A stretch of DNA of 45,156 nucleotides, from the NCBI GenBank assembly GCA_001830395.1, contig MHZN01000269.1, positions 1 through 45,156 of the forward strand, read 5' to 3'. This stretch comes from Pseudomonadales bacterium RIFCSPLOWO2_12_59_9. GTDB taxonomy: Bacteria; Pseudomonadota; Gammaproteobacteria; Pseudomonadales; Pseudomonadaceae. The notes below the pieces were generated by a model. That model was not told the origin of the DNA. It did no database searches and saw only the letters and a program-made list of their open reading frames with translations. The position numbers and the translations under genes are program-made. How positions within the stretch are numbered: the first letter of the stretch is position 1; each line of letters starts with the position of its first letter. Positions 9,500-18,966 of this stretch are shown in pieces.

Positions 9500-9838
9500 A
9501 TGTCATCGCAGTGTCCTTGCTGTTACTCCAAACGAATTGCCTCACTCAGAACAGCCATGAAGATCGGCGCTACCGTCGGCACGGTTGGTGGCGCTGCCAG
9601 AGGCATTAGTGGCGCCTTAGCAGGTGGCCAGATCGGCGCAGTCGCTGGCTCATTTATCGGACCAGTCGGTTCTACCCTCGGAGCCCTTTCTGGGGCAATC
9701 CTAGGCGCGCTGGCCGGTGGTGTCGGCGGCTGTGCCCTCGGCGCTCAGCTAGGTGACCAACTGGATCGCCACGTACTGGCCAATAACCTCTGCCTCGACT
9801 GCGGCCACCGCTTCAACCTGCGCTACGCCCCGACCTAA
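9500..9838 (+). CDS. Glycine-zipper membrane protein bracketed by Cys pairs (putative Zn ribbon)
   Basis: ggag RBS; N-terminal CPCC, long GxxxG run, C-terminal CLDCGHRF. Confidence 0.8.
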   Translation: MSSQCPCCYSKRIASLRTAMKIGATVGTVGGAARGISGALAGGQIGAVAGSFIGPVGSTLGALSGAILGALAGGVGGCALGAQLGDQLDRHVLANNLCLDCGHRFNLRYAPT

Positions 9839-9925
9839 TACCGCCACCCCTCTTCTCTTTAACCATCAGGCCAGCTGCGCAGTGCGCAGCGCTTATGCCT
9901 GCCTGCTCGAAAAGGAATCTCATTC

Positions 9926-10894
9926 ATGGCACATCTAATCGAACAAATGGCTTACGTTGGCCAAACCCCGTGGCATGGCCTCGGTAATCAACTCACGCAG
10001 AAACAGCCCATCGAAATCTGGCAGCGCGAAGCCGGCATGGACTGGCAGATTCAAGACAGCCCCGTCCATTTCAAAGCCGACAGCATCGGCCCGCTGGGCA
10101 CCATTCACTCGTTCCCGGAACAGAAGGTGCTGTTTCGCTCCGACACCAAAGCGCCGTTGTCGGTGGTCTCTAACCGCTACCAAATCGTTCAACCCCGCGA
10201 GGTGCTGGAATTTTACCGGGATCTTTCCGAGGTCTCTGGCTACGAGCTGGAAACCGCCGGCGTGCTGAAAGGTGGCCGTAAGTTTTGGGCACTGGCTCGC
10301 ACAGGCCAATCAGCGGTACTCAAAGGCAATGACGAGGTAAGTGGTTACTTACTGCTGGCCACGTCCTGCGATGGCACGCTGGCCACCACCGCCACGCCCA
10401 CCACGGTACGGGTGGTGTGCAACAACACCCTGAGCATTGCTCTGGATGGTGCTTGCCGGTCGATCAAAGTGCCGCACAACACCCGCTTCGATCCGCAAGC
10501 GGTGAAGAAACAGCTCGGCATCGCCGTCTCGCAATGGGACGAATTCATGTACCGCATGCGTAATCTGGCCGAGCGGAAGGTGCAGTGGCATGAGGCGATG
10601 GGCTTCTTTATGAACGTGCTGTGCGACGTGAGCCCCAACAGCAAATTGCCTGAAGTACTGCCCAACGAGCGCGCACTGCGCAAAGTGCAGGCGCTGTATG
10701 AAGGCCAAGGCCGAGGTGCCACGCTGGCGTCAGCCAATGGCACTGCCTGGGGTTTGCTCAACGCCGTAACCGAGTACGTCGATCACGAACGCCGTGCTCG
10801 CAGCACCGAATACCGGATGGATTCAGCCTGGTTCGGTCAGGGCGCGCAGATCAAGCAACGCGCACTGGATGCTGCACTCACGCTTGCAGCTTAA
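9926..10894 (+). CDS. DUF932 (phage/plasmid-like, TIGR03299-type) protein
   Basis: MAYVGQTPWHGLG, YQIVQPREVLEF, TAGVLKGGRKFWALA, RVVCNNTL, GTAWGLLNAVTEYVDH. Confidence 0.9.
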   Translation: MAHLIEQMAYVGQTPWHGLGNQLTQKQPIEIWQREAGMDWQIQDSPVHFKADSIGPLGTIHSFPEQKVLFRSDTKAPLSVVSNRYQIVQPREVLEFYRDLSEVSGYELETAGVLKGGRKFWALARTGQSAVLKGNDEVSGYLLLATSCDGTLATTATPTTVRVVCNNTLSIALDGACRSIKVPHNTRFDPQAVKKQLGIAVSQWDEFMYRMRNLAERKVQWHEAMGFFMNVLCDVSPNSKLPEVLPNERALRKVQALYEGQGRGATLASANGTAWGLLNAVTEYVDHERRARSTEYRMDSAWFGQGAQIKQRALDAALTLAA

Positions 10895-10967
10895 CTTCCA
10901 CGCCACTCAATGACGCCAGGTCGGCCTTGTGCTGGTCGGACGTTTTTATGTCTGCAAGGAATTCATC

Positions 10968-11966
10968 ATGAAGACTCAACCGAATACCAGCAGCAAGCCC
11001 CGCCCCGCCCTGCGCCTGGTCACCACCAAGGCCATGCCCCGAGATGAATGGCTGGCCGTGCGCAAGGGTGGCATCGGCAGTTCGGATGCGGCCGCTGCCG
11101 TTGGCCTCAACCCGTACAAATCGCAGTTAGAGCTTTGGCTGGAGAAAACCGGACGTGACGCAGCCCTCCCGAAAATCAACCCACACGATGAAGAGTCACC
11201 AGCGTACTGGGGCAACATTCTCGAACCCATAGTGGCCTCGCACTACAGCAAGCGCACCGGCAACCGCGTACGCCGCATCAATGCCGTGCTGCAGCATCCC
11301 GACCCTGAGTTGCCCTGGATGCTGGCCAACATCGACCGTGAGGTCATCGGTGCGGATGACGTGCAAATCCTCGAGTGCAAAACAGCCGGCATAAACGGCG
11401 CGCGCCTCTGGAAAGAGGGCGTGCCCGAGTATGTGCAGTTACAGGTGATGCACCAGTTGGCCGTCACTGGCAAACAGTCAGCTGATGTAGCGGTGCTGCT
11501 GGGTGGTCAGCATTTGGAGATCCACCGTATTGAGCGCGACGAAGGAATGATCGCTCGCCTGATAGCGCTGGAACGCAAGTTCTGGGACTACGTGGTGACC
11601 GACACCCCGCCGCAGGCCGATGGCTCGGACTCGGCTGATCAGGCGCTGCGCTGCCTTTACCCAGAAGACAGCGGCCAGGTCGTGGACTTCAGCGCTAACC
11701 CGGCGCTGGCCATTGCGTATGTTGAGCTCAAGTCTGTTCGCCAAAGCATCGCCCAGCAGGAAAAGCGCGAATCTCAGCTCAAGCAAACCCTGCAGCAGGC
11801 CATGGGTGAAGCTACCCGCGCGAAGTTTTCCAGCGGCTATATCACCTGGAAAAAGGCCAAAGACAGCACCGCGCTGGATGTAGCTACGATGCTGAAAGAG
11901 AAACCTTACCTGCAAGTCCGCTACGCCATGGTCAAGGAAGGCAGCCGCCGTTTCCTGATCGCCTGA
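10968..11966 (+). CDS. YqaJ-like viral recombinase / lambda-exonuclease-family protein
   Basis: WLAVRKGGIGSSDAAA, WGNILEP, LANIDR, ILECKT, QVMHQLAVTG; aagga RBS before ATG 10968. Confidence 0.92.
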   Translation: MKTQPNTSSKPRPALRLVTTKAMPRDEWLAVRKGGIGSSDAAAAVGLNPYKSQLELWLEKTGRDAALPKINPHDEESPAYWGNILEPIVASHYSKRTGNRVRRINAVLQHPDPELPWMLANIDREVIGADDVQILECKTAGINGARLWKEGVPEYVQLQVMHQLAVTGKQSADVAVLLGGQHLEIHRIERDEGMIARLIALERKFWDYVVTDTPPQADGSDSADQALRCLYPEDSGQVVDFSANPALAIAYVELKSVRQSIAQQEKRESQLKQTLQQAMGEATRAKFSSGYITWKKAKDSTALDVATMLKEKPYLQVRYAMVKEGSRRFLIA

Positions 11967-12049
11967 CATGCCCAGCCACCCAACCCAGCCACCCTGACAG
12001 TTAGCGCTGTCTCGGTGGCTTTTCTATTTTCAGATGAAGGAAAGCCAGC

Positions 12050-12940
12050 ATGCTTAAAGGTCTCGCTATCACCCCGCCTATTCTCGGGCGGATTTCCATC
12101 GGCAAGGTCGTCGAGAAAAACGGCAAACGCCTACCCGAGAAAGACGATCAATTCACCATTACCTCGCAACTGCAGAGTAGGGACGGCTGGCTACTGCATC
12201 CGCTCGATGAGGCGCTGCGTAAAAATCAAGAAGGCAAGCTGCGCAGCATCCCAATCCGGCTGCTGTTCAACGAGCCTGATCTGAACTTTCGTGCCGAGTA
12301 CAGCCTGTTCGACCGCGCCACCGGGCGACCGGTTTGCGTGGGCAATGGCGAGACCTGCAAACGGCAATGCGCGGATGGGATTCAGTCGCTGCCCTGCCCT
12401 TCACCGGATGGTTGTTCACTGGCGCAGGGTGGTGCCTGCAAACCCTACGGGCGGCTTAACGTGGTGATCGGTGATGAGGATTCGTTGGGCAGTTTTGTGT
12501 TTCGCACCACCGGCTTCAACAGCATCCGCACCCTGACGGCGCGCCTGCACTACCTACAAGCCATTTCAGGCAATCGACTGGCCTGTCTGCCGCTGGAGCT
12601 GCGTCTGCGGGGTAAATCCACCCGGCAAAGTCATGGCACGCCAATCTTCTATGCCGACATCACAGTACGCAGTGGCATGAGCATGGAGGAGGCATTGCTG
12701 GCTACCAGACAACTCGATCAAGAACGGCAAGTCGCTGGTTTCGACCAGGCCGCGCTGGACACTGCCGCCCGACAGGGCTTCAGCAACGGCGCGTTCGAGG
12801 ACAACGAGGAGGACAGCAGCGCTATCGCCGAAGAGTTCTTTCCTGCTACCGAACAGCTGCTATCCGTGGCTGTAACCAGAACGCCACCTTCACTGGCTGA
12901 AAAGCTGGAATCGCTGGCGACTGAGCAGCCGTCCCATTAA
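12050..12940 (+). CDS. Gp3-like / putative metal-binding recombination-associated protein
   Basis: GRISIG..LPEKDD.F, CVGNGETC..CPSPDGC..CKPYGRL, FRTTGFNS; the usual neighbour of YqaJ in such islands. Confidence 0.75.
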   Translation: MLKGLAITPPILGRISIGKVVEKNGKRLPEKDDQFTITSQLQSRDGWLLHPLDEALRKNQEGKLRSIPIRLLFNEPDLNFRAEYSLFDRATGRPVCVGNGETCKRQCADGIQSLPCPSPDGCSLAQGGACKPYGRLNVVIGDEDSLGSFVFRTTGFNSIRTLTARLHYLQAISGNRLACLPLELRLRGKSTRQSHGTPIFYADITVRSGMSMEEALLATRQLDQERQVAGFDQAALDTAARQGFSNGAFEDNEEDSSAIAEEFFPATEQLLSVAVTRTPPSLAEKLESLATEQPSH

Positions 12941-13122
12941 CGACCCGCCCTCACGCCTTGAATCGCCAGAAATGGGCTCAGGGTGACTGATCCGCAGCAG
13001 CCTCCATAACACTGCTTCGCTTGCATCAATCACCCACTGCAATGAGCGCTCACTGAGGCGCTCTTGCTTCTTTCGACATGCTTGAACAGGAGTAGCCAAC
13101 ATGACGACAAGCGATGACGAAC

Positions 13123-13368
13123 TCAAAGCGCTGCATCAATGAGCAAGTCAGACGGCTTACATTGAATCGCTACTGCGATGCGGAGAATATTCAAGAACGT
13201 GACATTTCGCTCTCCACGCTCAATCTTCCCCATGTGAGACCGATCTACCCCCGCAGCATCAGCCAAGGCCTCCTGAGACATGCCTAGCGCCATTCGGCGC
13301 ATCCGTACAGCAGCCCCAAGCTTCACGAGATTACGGTCTTTATCCAGGTTCGCAGAGATTCTTGTCAT
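13123..13368 (-). CDS. XRE-family HTH transcriptional regulator
   Basis: LGMSQEALADAAGVDRSHMGKIERGERNVT. Start may be GTG 13383. Confidence 0.88.
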   Translation of the reverse strand: MTRISANLDKDRNLVKLGAAVRMRRMALGMSQEALADAAGVDRSHMGKIERGERNVTFLNILRIAVAIQCKPSDLLIDAAL

Positions 13369-13533
13369 GGCAAGAATCGTCACGCTATGATGCGTATACG
13401 GCCACGGTATTTACGACCCATAAAAAGAGGTTTTCCCTCCTTTTTCACACAACCCTACCCGCATGAGCGGCCCTATAAGCAGCTCATGCTCGCTTTGCAT
13501 AAATTCCGCCTCATCTACACGGAGAGTGACCCC

Positions 13534-13890
13534 ATGAGCATTCCAAAAATAACTGGCTTAGACGTTACACAAATAGACTCTTATCTAAAAACAAAGTCAT
13601 CTTTCGAAATCATAGGGCTCCGAGGAAACTTTATGTCCAGCATAAAAAACATAGAAATAAGAATAGAGTCACTAGGATTAAAGTGCCGAGTTATTAGCGA
13701 CACCCAAATTATTTTGGCGCAAGCCGGAAGCTTGGGGGTTATCGCAGGATTATCTGTAGCTATATCTGGAGTTGCCGCAATTATAACTGGTACAACCATT
13801 GCCGCACACAGGATAGCAACATACGATCCAGATTACGAAATCATCAAAGACTACACAAATAGAAGACTAATCATTCAATACAAAAAGTAG
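13534..13890 (+). CDS. Hypothetical membrane-associated protein
   Basis: ggagag RBS and ATG 13534; AT-rich; hydrophobic Gly/Ala hairpin followed by AHRIATYDPDYEI. Confidence 0.7.
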   Translation: MSIPKITGLDVTQIDSYLKTKSSFEIIGLRGNFMSSIKNIEIRIESLGLKCRVISDTQIILAQAGSLGVIAGLSVAISGVAAIITGTTIAAHRIATYDPDYEIIKDYTNRRLIIQYKK

Positions 13891-13950
13891 ACACCAATAT
13901 CTCGATTTTAAAAATACATGTTCGATTTCTTCAATGGCTAGGAGAGTCAC

Positions 13951-14142
13951 ATGAGTCTAATACGCTTTATTTTTATGCTGTTCGCCTTCATTGGCGTACT
14001 AGCTGCCTGTGCTGTAGCCGTGCTTTTAGGGCTCGTCATGCTGCGCTTCTTGCCGGTTCTGATCTGTGTGGTATTGGCATGCATGCTGTTCAGGTGGCTG
14101 CTTAAAAAGGCCGCCGTTCGCATTACTGTAGATGAACGCTGA
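13951..14142 (+). CDS. Small hydrophobic membrane protein
   Basis: aggagag RBS; 63 aa, almost entirely hydrophobic with a basic tail. Confidence 0.6.
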   Translation: MSLIRFIFMLFAFIGVLAACAVAVLLGLVMLRFLPVLICVVLACMLFRWLLKKAAVRITVDER

Positions 14143-14348
14143 TGACATAAATTTGAGTACGACGATCACGAGCGGCGCGCCAGAAATACTCAATACCGCA
14201 TGAGCTGCACTTGGTTTGGCCAATGCGCGGCAGTCAAACAACGCGACCTGTATGCAACCCTGAAGCCAGATCACAAAGCAATAAAAATACGACATCATCG
14301 CACACGAAATCTTGCAACTAAAAAATCAATACCTCAGAGATAAATAAC

Positions 14349-14996
14349 ATGAAATCGATTAAGTCCCCCCTACTGATGTTGGCTACACTGCTGTTTACCA
14401 GTTTTGCATTTGCAGCACCAACTTATAACGTGTGTAACAAACAGAAATCCACTATTAACACCATGCCGGTGCTTGACTGCGTATTTAATAAAAACCAGCC
14501 CTGGAACATGGAAGCGGAAGTGCCCGACCTAGAAGATGGCGGCACTAAGCTGATCAAAGTGAACAGTGCGTACATTGTGCGCTGCAATAACAACCATCGC
14601 TGTGGAGTGGTGTTTTCGGACACTATTAAAAAAGGTGCAGTAGTAGGTAATAGCCCTCCCGGCGACTATCGTTTGGATTATGACCACTACATTGATGTCG
14701 ATGCTGCTGGTAACGCTACCGAATATCTCCGTGGTACAGGTCCACTGGCCGGTGGTGCCGTGGCAAGGAGTGATGCAGTCCCTAGTGCAGACGGCAAAGT
14801 AACCGTAAGTGAAGCCAGTTGTGAACCCCTGATGGACGATGCATGTACCATCAACCACAAGCCGGTCGCTAAAGCAGATCTGGGCAAGTACCTGCCAGCG
14901 GTTAATGAAGCTGATGTACAGTCCGCTGGTGGATTCTGCGAATACCCAATCTGCTATAACTCCGCTAACAACCCGGTAGGTATCCGTGCAGACTAA
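14349..14996 (+). CDS. Secreted Cys-rich hypothetical protein
   Basis: Signal peptide MKSIKSPLLMLATLLFTSFAFA; 8 Cys; followed by a strong terminator. Confidence 0.8.
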   Translation: MKSIKSPLLMLATLLFTSFAFAAPTYNVCNKQKSTINTMPVLDCVFNKNQPWNMEAEVPDLEDGGTKLIKVNSAYIVRCNNNHRCGVVFSDTIKKGAVVGNSPPGDYRLDYDHYIDVDAAGNATEYLRGTGPLAGGAVARSDAVPSADGKVTVSEASCEPLMDDACTINHKPVAKADLGKYLPAVNEADVQSAGGFCEYPICYNSANNPVGIRAD

Positions 14997-15132
14997 CGAA
15001 AAGGAAATATCGAACTATCATTGCCACTAAATACAGCGACCATGCCTTGAAGTGCTACATGCCATTGCATTCACACCTGAGTTGATTATTACACTTGCAA
15101 GTTGGAATCCCAATTAGACTGGCAACATAAAT

Positions 15133-15172
15133 GACAGAGGGCTTCGGCCCTCTGTCTATTTTTTCTTTTTTT
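15133..15172 (+). terminator. Rho-independent terminator
   Basis: gacagagggc-ttcg-gccctctgtc followed by a T-tract. Confidence 0.85.
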
Positions 15173-15528
15173 GATACGATCAAAATCTTATCGCAACCGC
15201 ACATTGCAATAGCCGGCGCTTACTTGGACTCTAAGTTTCTGCAAAACCAAAGGCACAAGCACTTCCAGAGGCTTCACTGGGAGTTCAGGACGCTCGGCTT
15301 ACCTTCACATAAACCCCTACACCCAGATTGAGCAACGTGCCGAGCTCAAGCTGAATCACAGCGAAGCTCGAACCCAAGGCGCAGCAGATCGGTTCTGCAC
15401 ACTCACTCGTGCTCGACAAACCATCAAGCGCAGACTGTATTAAAGCGGTTCACACCCCTCAGATACCCAGACATAAAAGCTAAGCGTCGACTCCGCCAGA
15501 AGAAATCTTTCCTGTCCCGAGGCCGCGC

Positions 15529-15593
15529 GCCCTGCATTTGCCCTGACTTTGCCCGGTGCTTGCCCTGCGTTTGCCCTGTGCCGCCCTGCAGGG
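15529..15593 (+). repeat. Six-unit tandem repeat with 11-bp period (GCCCTGnnnTT)
   Basis: GCCC starts at 15529, 15540, 15551, 15562, 15573 and 15583. Confidence 0.75.
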
Positions 15594-15673
15594 CTTGGCG
15601 AGGCTAGAAAAGGCCTGCAAAAAACCGCAATCGAGAGCTGCTAGGCGCAAGGTAATCGGCTAAATCGCGGCTG

Positions 15674-15700
15674 AAAAAAGCCCAGCGCATGGCTGGGCTT
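15674..15700 (-). terminator. Rho-independent terminator of the rhs-immunity operon
   Basis: aagcccagc-gcatg-gctgggctt with an A-run on the left (U-tract on the minus strand), ~25 bp past the immunity stop. Confidence 0.8.
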
Positions 15701-15724
15701 AGGACAACTTGAACAGGTGGAAAG

Positions 15725-16210
15725 TCAATCTGTCCGGCTATTAAGTGGCGCGGGGCTCACCAGCCCTACCTGGCTAAACTTCAGTGATATATAACCATCA
15801 TGCGAGATTGACAACATCCAGCTAATATCCTCACAAAATAACTCAATATCATCGCTGCCTGGATACCATATGTAAGAAAAATACTCACAAAGGTCCTTCA
15901 GTTTAAATCTGTCAATTTTATCAAACCTATACCAGTTTACATATATTTCACCAGCAGGGTTTAAGTTGAAATATTCAAAAACGCTAGTCAAGTTAAAGTT
16001 GGGAGAGTCGGCCCTAATTTTACAACCTTCCTCCTCGATCAGCTGGAAACGATCCATTGACTCAGGAAGTCGAACGCCAAAGACCCTGTAGAACAGTTCA
16101 AATATTTTATCTTGCAAAGAGCGAAGCTCAATTCCATTCACGCGCACATGCAAAGGAAAATCTATCTTGCTATTTTCCCGCTTGAAATTTTCAATTTTAT
16201 AATCTTCCAT
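15725..16210 (-). CDS. Putative cognate immunity protein of the Rhs toxin
   Basis: AT-rich, 11 bp downstream of the toxin stop, ggag RBS; aromatic/acidic IWYPGSDDIELF..WMLSISHDG. Confidence 0.8.
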   Translation of the reverse strand: MEDYKIENFKRENSKIDFPLHVRVNGIELRSLQDKIFELFYRVFGVRLPESMDRFQLIEEEGCKIRADSPNFNLTSVFEYFNLNPAGEIYVNWYRFDKIDRFKLKDLCEYFSYIWYPGSDDIELFCEDISWMLSISHDGYISLKFSQVGLVSPAPLNSRTD

Positions 16211-16221
16211 TATTCTGGCTC

Positions 16222-18966
16222 CTAGCACTGAAATGGTGATGGAACTGCTGGACAGCCAAACATATTTGGATTTTCTTCACACGCTTCTTCAAGGCCTGGA
16301 GGTAAAAATAGTGGAGGTATTGCCTCTAATATCTTCTCGGCTCCTGACTTTCCACCGCTTCCTCTTTTCCCCTTCGTAAAATCCCACCAGTTAATATGTG
16401 GACCTGACTCAGGATCGCCAGCTGGACGGTTTGGATGTCCTGGATCGAGTCTGTAGCCTTTCTTGCCGTCGCCTGCCTGAGGACTGCCAAATTTCCCGGG
16501 TTCTCCCTTTGGCAATCGCCCGCCAAGGGCCTCATGTACTTTTCTCAATGCCTCTTTAATTTTGCTAATGCTTGGTGCCAGGCCGTAAGGATCACTAAAC
16601 CCAAGTGGATTACCGTCCACATATCCGTAAGTATTCAGCCCACCATCCAGCCCAATCGGATCACTTTCGACGTAGCGTCCAGTCGCCGGATCATAGTCCC
16701 TGAAGTAGTTGTAGCTCAGGCCGCTGTGGCCGTCGTATTGCTGGCCGGGGAAGCGCAGTGGCATGTCGAGGACGATGCCGTCGCCATCCACATCACCATT
16801 CACTGTACCTACGCCAAAGGCGTCGCTGTTCCAGCTCCACAGCAGTTGCTGGCTGGCGCCGGTGGCTTGGCGTGGGGTGTTGAGGTGATCGCTGTGCAGG
16901 TAGTACTGCTTGGTGCTGGCGACTGTGGTGCCGTTGCTGGCGAACTTCTGCTCAATCCCCGCTAGTGGCAAGCCGTCGAGCCAGATCCAGTATTGCGCGA
17001 AGGTCTTTTTGCCGGTTGAACCGTACTTCACCTGGCCGAGCAGCTGGCCATCGGCACCGTACAGGTAGCTGTAGGTGGCGCTTGGGGTTGTGGCGTTGGT
17101 GCTGCTGTACACCCGCTTCAGGGTGCGCTGGCCGAGAGCGTTGTAGCTGTAGTTGGCGTACAGGTTGGTGGGGTTACGCACCTCGTGTAGGCGGCCTTGT
17201 TCGTTGTACACATAGGTTCGGCTGGTGGCCTGCTGCAGGGTGTTACCGGCGGCGTCGCGCAGTACCACGAAACTGCCATTTTTCAGCAGGCGGTTGCTGT
17301 CGGGCGCGGTGGTCAGAGTTTGGCTGGTGAGTTTGCTTTCAACGCCGGCAGTGGTGGTGTAGCTGACGCGCTGCTTGCGGTTGCCGGTGGCGTCGTAGCT
17401 GTAGGTTTTGCGCTGGGCGGTGTCCTTTTCTTCAGTAAGACGATCAAGGGCGTCGTAGCTGTAGTTGAGGTTGCCAAACAGGCTGTGATTGCGGCCCTTG
17501 ATATTGCCGTTGGCGTCAAAGCTGTAAGTGCTCTGCCAGGAACCGATGATCTGCTCGGCCAGTTGATAGTCCTGGTCGTACTGACGGTCGAGCTGGATGC
17601 CGTTGCCCCAGGTCAGACTTTTCAGTGGACCGAATGGCAGGTAGCTGAGGTTGCTGGCGATGCTGCTGGCAGGCGCGCTGCCAATGGTCAGGTTAACGCC
17701 AATCACTTGGCCGGCGCTGTTGCGCGGATAAGTCACGCTAAAACCGCCGGGGTAGCCGATGCCGGTCAGTTGGTTGGCGTTGTCGTAGACGTAATTGAGC
17801 AGCTCATCCTTGGGCAGTGTGGCCACCGTCAGCGAGCGGGCCTGCTGCTGCAAGTTACCACGCGCGTCGTAGCTGTAGCCCATCAAGCCACCGGAGTCTT
17901 GCAGCGCGGTCAGTCGGCCGATGCCGTAGTTGCCGCCGGAGGTCATGTCATAGGCGTAGGTGACGTTCAGCGCAGGCTTGGCCGGATAGGTACGCTTGGT
18001 CAGGCGATTGAGGGCGTCGTACTGGTACAGGGTGATCACGCCACGGGCGTCGTTTTTTTGCGTGACGTTGCCGGCCGCATCGTGCACGTAGGTGTTGATG
18101 CCGCTGTCGGGGCTGCTCAACTGGGTCAGGTTACCGAGGCCGTCGTATTGATAGTCGGTGGTGACGTTGCGCGGGTCTTTGACCTGGGTGAGGTTATCTT
18201 GGCCATCGTATTGGTAACTGGTGATGCCGCTCAGTGGGTCGGTGTTTTGCACCAGGCGATTGAGGGCGTCATAGGCTTGGCTGTTGTTGTGATTGAGCGG
18301 GTCAGTGCTCAGCGTCGGGTTGTCGTTGAGGTCGTAGGCCTGTTTGTGGGTTTGGTTGCCGGCACCCACGCTCTTCATAAAGCGACCGAGTTCGTCATAG
18401 ACCCAGGTGTTCTGTTTGGTCAGGTTGTTACTGGCGTCTTTGAGGCGCTGGGCGGTGCGGTTACCCATGGCATCGAGACTGTATTCAACCGTCTCGCCGA
18501 GGTTATTGGTGATAGCCGTCAAGCGGCGCGCATCGTCCCACGTATAGGTCAGTGAACTACCGTCGCCACGGGTGACCTTGGTTATGTCACCCACCGCGTT
18601 GTGCTCAAAGCTGGTGGCGCTGCCGGCGGTGCTGATAGAGGCCAGCCAACCTTGCGGCGCGTAAGCCAGGCTGCTGCTGACGTTGTTAGCATCGACCATG
18701 GTTTGCGGATGGCCGAGGGTGTCGAAGTTGCTCAGGGTGGTGACGTGACCCAGCGCATTGGTGACGGTGGTCAGGTGACCTTGGGCGTCATAGGCGTAGC
18801 GGGTAATGTCCGAGACGTCAGTACGCGGGCCGTCGGCGGTTTCGATCAGGCCAAGGGCTGTATAGGTGTAGGCCCAGCTGCGCTCGTCAGCGTGGGCCAG
18901 CGAAACGCCAATGGCGCTGCTCAACGCGAGCGATAACAGGCTCGCGCGGTAGAGGTGTTTGTTCAT
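16222..18966 (-). CDS. Rhs protein, C-terminal half: own Sec signal peptide, YD repeats, Rhs-associated core, 118-aa toxin tip
   Basis: MNKHLYRASLLSLALSSAIGVSLAHA; many YD repeats; HSDHLNTP, LRFPGQ, YNYFRDYDPATGRYVESDPIGL...NPLGFSDPYGL. Confidence 0.93.
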   Translation of the reverse strand: MNKHLYRASLLSLALSSAIGVSLAHADERSWAYTYTALGLIETADGPRTDVSDITRYAYDAQGHLTTVTNALGHVTTLSNFDTLGHPQTMVDANNVSSSLAYAPQGWLASISTAGSATSFEHNAVGDITKVTRGDGSSLTYTWDDARRLTAITNNLGETVEYSLDAMGNRTAQRLKDASNNLTKQNTWVYDELGRFMKSVGAGNQTHKQAYDLNDNPTLSTDPLNHNNSQAYDALNRLVQNTDPLSGITSYQYDGQDNLTQVKDPRNVTTDYQYDGLGNLTQLSSPDSGINTYVHDAAGNVTQKNDARGVITLYQYDALNRLTKRTYPAKPALNVTYAYDMTSGGNYGIGRLTALQDSGGLMGYSYDARGNLQQQARSLTVATLPKDELLNYVYDNANQLTGIGYPGGFSVTYPRNSAGQVIGVNLTIGSAPASSIASNLSYLPFGPLKSLTWGNGIQLDRQYDQDYQLAEQIIGSWQSTYSFDANGNIKGRNHSLFGNLNYSYDALDRLTEEKDTAQRKTYSYDATGNRKQRVSYTTTAGVESKLTSQTLTTAPDSNRLLKNGSFVVLRDAAGNTLQQATSRTYVYNEQGRLHEVRNPTNLYANYSYNALGQRTLKRVYSSTNATTPSATYSYLYGADGQLLGQVKYGSTGKKTFAQYWIWLDGLPLAGIEQKFASNGTTVASTKQYYLHSDHLNTPRQATGASQQLLWSWNSDAFGVGTVNGDVDGDGIVLDMPLRFPGQQYDGHSGLSYNYFRDYDPATGRYVESDPIGLDGGLNTYGYVDGNPLGFSDPYGLAPSISKIKEALRKVHEALGGRLPKGEPGKFGSPQAGDGKKGYRLDPGHPNRPAGDPESGPHINWWDFTKGKRGSGGKSGAEKILEAIPPLFLPPGLEEACEENPNMFGCPAVPSPFQC

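Noticed and set aside
13101-13142. Strong RBS and ATG giving MTTSDDELKALHQ*
   Set aside because: Only 13 codons and overlaps the XRE gene end; at most the stub of a deleted backbone gene
15529-15593. CRISPR array
   Set aside because: 11-bp units without spacers; no cas genes
17197-18555. 452-aa plus-strand ORF
   Set aside because: Antisense to Rhs; a codon-bias artefact, like the long antisense ORFs within cusA and cdiA (e.g. 41400-42761)
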